From assembly GCA_030681035.1 (NCBI GenBank), contig JAUXUI010000069.1, positions 27,674-91,673 of the forward strand: a stretch of 64,000 bases of DNA, read 5' to 3'. The stretch is from Lysobacteraceae bacterium (GTDB taxonomy: Bacteria > Pseudomonadota > Gammaproteobacteria > Xanthomonadales > Xanthomonadaceae). The position numbers and the translations under genes are program-made. Positions 58,704 to 64,000 of this stretch are shown one piece after another (position 1 is the first letter of the stretch; each line of letters starts with the position of its first letter). Under the pieces are notes generated by a model that did not search any database, had not been told where the DNA came from, and saw only the letters and a program-made list of their open reading frames with translations.

Positions 58704-60227
58704 ATGCGACCACATCCTGTGCTTGACCAGCTTGGCCCGCATGCAGCCCGGTTGATCCATACCCCGATTGCGCAAGAGCTGGCTGCGGATCGTGAGCGTT
58801 GTTCCGGGTTTTCGCTGCGCGTGGGGCCGATCTATGCCAACTTCGCGCGCCAGAAATATGATCGCGCCGCACTGGATGCTTTGTTTGCGGTGGCCGAACA
58901 GATCGACCTGAAGCAGGCATTGCAACGACTGGTGGATGGCGAACGGATCAACGTGTCGGAACAGCGGCCGGCGTTGCACACCGCGTTGCGTTCAGACATC
59001 GGCCAGTCGGCGACGGCACAAGCCGCGCATCACAGCGCGCAGCAGCAACTCACGCAATTGGCCACGTTGGTGAGTGAACTGGAAGCGAGTACGGTCACCG
59101 ATGTCATCAATGTCGGCATTGGGGGTTCCGACCTCGGGCCACGGCTTTGCGTGGATGCATTGCGCAATGCTGGTAGCGGCCGCTTCCGGGTCCATTTTCT
59201 CGCCAATGTCGATGGCCACGCGCTGGATCACCTGCTGCATACGCTCGATCCCGAGCGCACCGCCGTTTTGCTGGTGTCCAAGAGTTTTCGCACTCAGGAA
59301 ACCCTGCTCAACGGCGCGGTGTTGCGTGATTGGCTAGGTGCGCAGGGCGTGTCGCGCCTTTACGCAGTCAGTTCGCGGCCGGATGCTGCGGTAGCATTCG
59401 GTGTGCCCGAGTGCCAAGTGCTGGCCATGGCCGAGACCGTTGGCGGACGCTATTCGTTGTGGTCCACGGTCGGTTTTGCGGTCGCCCTGGCCTTGGGCAT
59501 GGAGGGTTTTCGTGCGTTGCTGGCTGGTGCCGCCGCTATGGATGCGCACGTGTTGAACCAACCCTTGCGGCAAAACCTGGCGGTGTGGCATGCATTGACG
59601 GCGATCTGGAACCGCAATGCGCTGGGTTATGGCAGCCAGGCGATACTGCCTTACGACGAACGGCTGGGTTTCCTGCCGGACTATCTCCAGCAACTGGTGA
59701 TGGAGAGCCTGGGCAAATCGGTGCGCAGCGATGGCAGCGCGGTGGAGCATGCGACCGGCCCGGTGATCTGGGGTGGGGTCGGCAGCAGCGTGCAGCACAG
59801 CTTTTTCCAGTCGTTGCATCAGGGTACTGATACGGTGCCGGCCGATTTCATTGGCGTGGTACGGCCGGCGCATACCCTGGCAGGGCACCACAACGCACTG
59901 TTGGCCAACTTGTTGGCGCAGACCCAGGCGTTGGCCAGTGGCGAGGACAATGACGACAGGAATCGCCGTTATCCGGGTGATCGTCCGTCCACCCTGTTGT
60001 TGCTGGACGAGCTCAACCCCGAATCGCTCGGTGCCATGCTCGCCCTGTATGAGCACAGCACCTACCTGCAATCGGTGATCTGGGGCATCAACGCCTTTGA
60101 TCAATGGGGCGTGGAACTGGGCAAACGGCTGGCCGATCAGTTGTTGCCGGCAGTCGCTGACAAAGACAGCACAGCTACTGATCCAGTTACCCGCATCGTG
60201 TTGCAGGAAATCCACGCGCGGCGTTGA
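58704..60227 (+). CDS. pgi: Glucose-6-phosphate isomerase
   Basis: INVGIGGSDLGP, SKSFRTQETL, VGGRYSLWS, FDQWGVELGK. Confidence 0.92.
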   Translation: MRPHPVLDQLGPHAARLIHTPIAQELAADRERCSGFSLRVGPIYANFARQKYDRAALDALFAVAEQIDLKQALQRLVDGERINVSEQRPALHTALRSDIGQSATAQAAHHSAQQQLTQLATLVSELEASTVTDVINVGIGGSDLGPRLCVDALRNAGSGRFRVHFLANVDGHALDHLLHTLDPERTAVLLVSKSFRTQETLLNGAVLRDWLGAQGVSRLYAVSSRPDAAVAFGVPECQVLAMAETVGGRYSLWSTVGFAVALALGMEGFRALLAGAAAMDAHVLNQPLRQNLAVWHALTAIWNRNALGYGSQAILPYDERLGFLPDYLQQLVMESLGKSVRSDGSAVEHATGPVIWGGVGSSVQHSFFQSLHQGTDTVPADFIGVVRPAHTLAGHHNALLANLLAQTQALASGEDNDDRNRRYPGDRPSTLLLLDELNPESLGAMLALYEHSTYLQSVIWGINAFDQWGVELGKRLADQLLPAVADKDSTATDPVTRIVLQEIHARR

Positions 60228-60413
60228 GCTTGGTGTTCACGGCTTGTCAGCGAGCGTGGGTGCCGAAGAAACCGCCCAGGGGTGCCGTCATCAACAATCT
60301 TTGGTCTTCATGCATTGGGCGATCACGCTGAGCAAGCAGCAAGCCACACCTCTGCGGGGTAGCCGCGTTTAATCGCAATGCTATTCAGATAGTCATCGTC
60401 TCAGATAGTCATT

Positions 60414-60499
60414 GTCATGCCCGCGAACGCGGGCATCCAGCGGCTTTCGCTTGGCTCGATGTTCTGAAGGCACTGGATTCCCGCTTTCGCGGGAATGAC
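60414..60499. repeat. Two hairpin modules (GTCATGCCCGCGAACGCGGGCATCCAG; CTGGATTCCCGCTTTCGCGGGAATGAC)
   Basis: Modules at 60414-60440 and 60473-60499, followed by caacctgtctgaac. Confidence 0.75.
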
Positions 60500-60537
60500 G
60501 GGATTGGCAAATCCAACCTGTCTGAACTGTGTTGTGT

Positions 60538-61068
60538 CTAATCGCTGCAACTGGCGCCGGGTTCTGCGGCCTCGACCCGCGGGCGGCCACCAACGCTGAT
60601 GATGATCTTGCGCAGCAAGCGGTCATCGCGGCTGCACAGGCGCAGCGAGAGATTGGTGCCGGTGCTGCGGCCATCGGCACGATAGCCGATTCGGGGCCGG
60701 CCTTTGGATGTCAGCAGGCGAATGCCGCGCATTTCATCGGGTTGGATCATCGCGATGACGGCTTCGCCATCGTCATGCTGGCCATTGCGGTTGCGATCCT
60801 GAAAGCTCAGCAAGCCGACCGACCAATCCAGATCGCGGCTGCATTGCTTGCCATCCGGTGACGGGCACAGCACTGCGTTGTGGCTACTGATGATGGCGTT
60901 GCTGCGAACGTTGAAGATGCTGGCCAGTACCTGGTTGCTCAGCGCGCTGGCACGGCTGTTTTCCTGAAAGCGTTGCCAGCCGGGAATACTCAATGGAATG
61001 AGGATTGCGGCGATGGCCAGCGTCGTCATCAGTTCGACCAGGGTGAATCCGTGTCTGTGCGTGTGCAT
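60538..61068 (-). CDS. GspH/FimT family minor (pseudo)pilin
   Basis: Start MHTHRHGFTLVELMTTLAIAAILI carries a type IV prepilin N-methylation motif (GFTLVE). GspH-like body. Confidence 0.75.
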   Translation of the reverse strand: MHTHRHGFTLVELMTTLAIAAILIPLSIPGWQRFQENSRASALSNQVLASIFNVRSNAIISSHNAVLCPSPDGKQCSRDLDWSVGLLSFQDRNRNGQHDDGEAVIAMIQPDEMRGIRLLTSKGRPRIGYRADGRSTGTNLSLRLCSRDDRLLRKIIISVGGRPRVEAAEPGASCSD

Positions 61069-61252
61069 TGCCTCGGCCCCATTGTGCAGTGATGCCATGC
61101 TCGCTGGCACGGTGCGGGGATGGAATCGGCGCAATCGGGCTTTGCTTGTAAGAAAATGCCGTATCGATTCGTCAGCATTGCCGGTAGCTCACGCCGTGTA
61201 TGCTTGAGCGATTGGCCGCCGACAGAGTGAACTCCACGCAGGGGGCTGCTTT

Positions 61253-61390
61253 TGTGGGAGCCGGCCTGCCGGCGAATCGACCACGCGAACAGCTTCGCGT
61301 GCAGGCACGCTCCCACTAGTACCTTGTCGCCCACACAGGGCTCCTGCAAGTGAGCGCAACCGTTTTTTATGGGAGCCCTGTGTGGGCGAC
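61253..61390. repeat. Cluster of REP elements of both TGTGGGAGC and GTCGCCCACA families upstream of uvrB
   Basis: tgtgggagccggcctgccggcgaatc...cttcgcgtgcaggcacgctcccac; gtcgcccacacagggctcctgcaa...tatgggagccctgtgtgggcgac. Confidence 0.7.
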
Positions 61391-61410
61391 TGCACTGCGA
61401 TACTGAACAT

Positions 61411-63435
61411 ATGACCGAACGATTCCAGCTTGTTGCCCCTTATCAGCCCGCCGGTGACCAGCCGGCGGCGATCACGCGCCTGATTGACGCCTTCGAGGCC
61501 GGGGTGGCGCAGCAAACCCTGCTTGGCGTTACCGGTTCGGGCAAGACCTACACCATCGCCAATCTGGTGCAGGCGGTGCAGAAACCGACCTTGGTGATGG
61601 CGCCGAACAAGACGTTGGCGGCGCAGTTGTATGGCGAGTTCAAGCAGTTCTTCCCGAACAACGCGGTGGAATACTTCGTCAGCTATTACGACTACTACCA
61701 GCCCGAAGCCTACATCCCGTCCACCGACACTTACATCGAGAAAGATTCCAACGTCAACGAGCACATCGAACAGATGCGCCTGTCGGCAACCAAGGCCCTG
61801 CTCGAACGCCGCGACGCGCTGATCGTGGCCACGGTATCGGCGATTTACGGGCTGGGTGATCCCAACGAGTATTTCCAGATGGTGTTGCACCTGGTGCGCG
61901 GTGATCGCATCGACCAGCGTGAGCTGATCCGCCGCCTGACCGAGATGCAGTACAGCCGCAATGACATCGAGCTGCAACGCGGCACCTACCGGGTGCGTGG
62001 CGAGGTGGTGGATGTGCATCCGGCCGAGTCCGACAACGAGGCGCTGCGGATCGAGCTGTTCGACGGCGAAATCGAGAACCTGAGCCTGTTCGATCCACTG
62101 ACCGGCGCCGCGCAGCAGCGAGTCGCACGCTATACGATTTACCCGAAGTCGCACTACGTCACCACCCGCCGCACTGTGCTCGATGCGATCGGCACGATCA
62201 AGGAGGAATTGCGCGAACGGCTGGAGCAGTTGTATCGCGAGAACAAGCTGGTTGAGGCGCAGCGCTTGCAGCAGCGCACCCAGTACGATCTGGAAATGCT
62301 GGCGGAAGTGGGTTATTGCCAGGGCATCGAAAACTACTCGCGGCATTTGACCGGGCGCATGCCGGGCGAGCCGCCGCCGTGTTTGTACGACTACCTGCCC
62401 GCTGACGCGCTGCTGGTGGTGGACGAATCGCATGTGACCATCCCGCAGATTGGCGCGATGTACAAGGGTGATCGCTCGCGCAAGGAAACCCTGGTGGCAT
62501 TCGGTTTTCGCATGCCCTCGGCACTCGACAACCGGCCATTGAAGTTCGAGGAGTGGGAGCGCCGCGCGCCGCGCAGCATCTACGTATCGGCCACGCCCAG
62601 TAAATACGAACTGGCGCATTGCGAAGGCCAGATCGTGGATCTGGTGGTGCGGCCAACCGGCTTGATCGACCCCGAGGTTGAAATCCGCCCGGTGGCAACC
62701 CAGGTCGATGACCTGCTTTCGGAAATCACCTTGCGGGTGGCGATGGGTGACCGCGTACTGGTCACTACCCTGACCAAGCGCATGGCCGAGAACCTGACCG
62801 AGTACCTGGCCGAGCACGGGGTTCGGGTGCGCTACCTGCATTCGGATGTGGAGACGGTGGAGCGGGTCGAGATCATCCGCGATCTGCGCCGTGGCGTGTT
62901 TGACGTACTGGTCGGCATCAACCTGCTGCGTGAAGGCCTGGACATGCCGGAAGTGTCGCTAGTGGCAATCCTTGATGCCGACAAGGAGGGCTTCCTGCGT
63001 TCGGCAGGTTCCTTGATCCAGACCATCGGCCGCGCGGCGCGCAATGTGCGCGGCAAGGCGATTTTGTATGCCGACCGGATCACCAACGCGATGCAGATCG
63101 CGATCGGCGAAACTCAGCGTCGCCGCGAGCGGCAAGTGGCGTACAACACCGAGCACGGCATCGTGCCGACCACCATCGTGCGCCCGGTGACCGATGTCAT
63201 GGAGGGCGCACGCGGCGAGGCCAGCAATGATCGCAGCACGCGTGCGGGCAGGGCGGCGCGCAAGGTGGCCGAGTCCGAGGCTGACTACGCCAGTCTGCGC
63301 CCGGATCAGCTTGCGGCGCGGATGAAGAAGCTGGAACAGCAGATGTACCAGCATGCCCGTGACCTGGAATTCGAGGCGGCCGCGCAGTTGCGCGATGAAC
63401 TGCAGCGGGTGAAAGCGCGGTTTGTTGCCTCGTAA
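61411..63435 (+). CDS. uvrB: Excinuclease ABC subunit B
   Basis: Start [49 protein letters not shown] box VVDESHVT. C-terminal UVR domain [13 protein letters not shown]. Confidence 0.93.
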   Translation: MTERFQLVAPYQPAGDQPAAITRLIDAFEAGVAQQTLLGVTGSGKTYTIANLVQAVQKPTLVMAPNKTLAAQLYGEFKQFFPNNAVEYFVSYYDYYQPEAYIPSTDTYIEKDSNVNEHIEQMRLSATKALLERRDALIVATVSAIYGLGDPNEYFQMVLHLVRGDRIDQRELIRRLTEMQYSRNDIELQRGTYRVRGEVVDVHPAESDNEALRIELFDGEIENLSLFDPLTGAAQQRVARYTIYPKSHYVTTRRTVLDAIGTIKEELRERLEQLYRENKLVEAQRLQQRTQYDLEMLAEVGYCQGIENYSRHLTGRMPGEPPPCLYDYLPADALLVVDESHVTIPQIGAMYKGDRSRKETLVAFGFRMPSALDNRPLKFEEWERRAPRSIYVSATPSKYELAHCEGQIVDLVVRPTGLIDPEVEIRPVATQVDDLLSEITLRVAMGDRVLVTTLTKRMAENLTEYLAEHGVRVRYLHSDVETVERVEIIRDLRRGVFDVLVGINLLREGLDMPEVSLVAILDADKEGFLRSAGSLIQTIGRAARNVRGKAILYADRITNAMQIAIGETQRRRERQVAYNTEHGIVPTTIVRPVTDVMEGARGEASNDRSTRAGRAARKVAESEADYASLRPDQLAARMKKLEQQMYQHARDLEFEAAAQLRDELQRVKARFVAS

Positions 63436-63513
63436 CGCTGTGCGACTCAACGCGCAACAGCAGCCCGAATCAGGCTCAATACTGTTCCGTCAGTCGCATC
63501 CGGCTGCAAAGTC

Positions 63514-63540
63514 GTCATTCCCGCGAAAGCGGGAATCCAG
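63514..63540. repeat. 27-nt hairpin repeat
   Basis: gtcattcccgcgaaagcgggaatccag. Confidence 0.85.
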
Positions 63541-63649
63541 CTTCGGTGATGCCACAACGATTGACGGTCCGGTCCGTTGTGTCGTCCAGCCAGCCGATGC
63601 TATAGTACGCGGCCGGCGGGTGGCAGCATTTCTCATCCCGGCAATGATT

Positions 63650-63724
63650 GGGCGGTTAGCTCAGCGGTAGAGCACTACCTTGACATGGTAGGGGTCACAG
63701 GTTCGAACCCTGTACCGCCCACCA
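63650..63724 (+). tRNA. tRNA-Val (anticodon GAC)
   Basis: Manual cloverleaf: GGGCGGT TA GCTC AGCGGTA GAGC A CTACC TTGACAT GGTAG GGGTC ACAGG TTCGAAC CCTGT ACCGCCC A CCA. Confidence 0.88.
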
Positions 63725-63980
63725 GTATCGTGGCGACGCAGTTTGCGGCCACGCTACCGGTACTTCCGTTTCACTGCGGCCGGATGCGGTTGCAAACACC
63801 ACAGGAACCCGGCACAACTGCCGGAACAGTGTGCGACATGAGCACTACCCAGCTTGGCTGAACCTCCTGGAGCCGGCCCACTTGCCGCGCCAATGCGCGC
63901 AAAGCAGAGTGCCGAACCAACTTTTTCACTTCAGACTCATGGCCGCGTTTAGCGGCCGCTGGATAGCGGAGCAGCTCATC

Positions 63981-64000
63981 ATGGTCAATATCACTCTTCC
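63981..64000 (+). CDS. thrS: Probable start of threonine--tRNA ligase (only 6 codons in the window)
   Basis: ATG GTC AAT ATC ACT CTT CC encodes MVNITL, preceded by GCGGAG. It resembles the M.(I/V)ITLPDGS ThrS N-terminus. From memory, a tRNA-Val followed by thrS is the gene order in Xanthomonadales. Confidence 0.35.

Overview
High-GC gammaproteobacterial chromosome segment; the gene order and the tmRNA tag ANDDVYALAA look Xanthomonadales-like (inference). Conserved housekeeping blocks are ssrA-smpB-ratA-rnfH-bamE-fur, gap, dnaX-ybaB-recR, tRNA-Glu-pcnB-folK-panBC-pgi, uvrB, and tRNA-Val followed by the thrS start. These blocks are interrupted by accessory modules. (1) An island abutting the 3' end of ssrA carries a partial type I HsdR translationally coupled to a Fic gene, ParDE, PrlF/YhaV and an AbiEii-like remnant. 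(2) A second, complete type I R-M locus of about 9.2 kb (hsdM-HEPN-MNT-GIY-YIG-hsdS-rhuM-hsdR) lies next to the 3' end of cydB and is bounded by cydB-3'-end-like direct repeats. Inside it, the hsdM/hsdS junction is present three times, which points to successive cassette insertions. (3) A minus-strand operon has a textbook FNR box and encodes an octaheme c-type cytochrome, a cytochrome b, a large DUF3373-like outer-membrane protein and a small secreted protein. It sits beside a BigR/SqrR-like ArsR-rhodanese pair and an RND pump with OsmC. The window also holds at least two REP/hairpin families. One 27-nt palindrome family occurs at more than a dozen loci, as a 7 x 39 bp tandem array downstream of hsdR, and twice in frame inside hsdM. 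A different palindromic element sits in frame inside the RND pump gene. Many long ORFs in the track are antisense shadows typical of high-GC DNA. All functional calls come from reading the translated sequences; no database search was possible.
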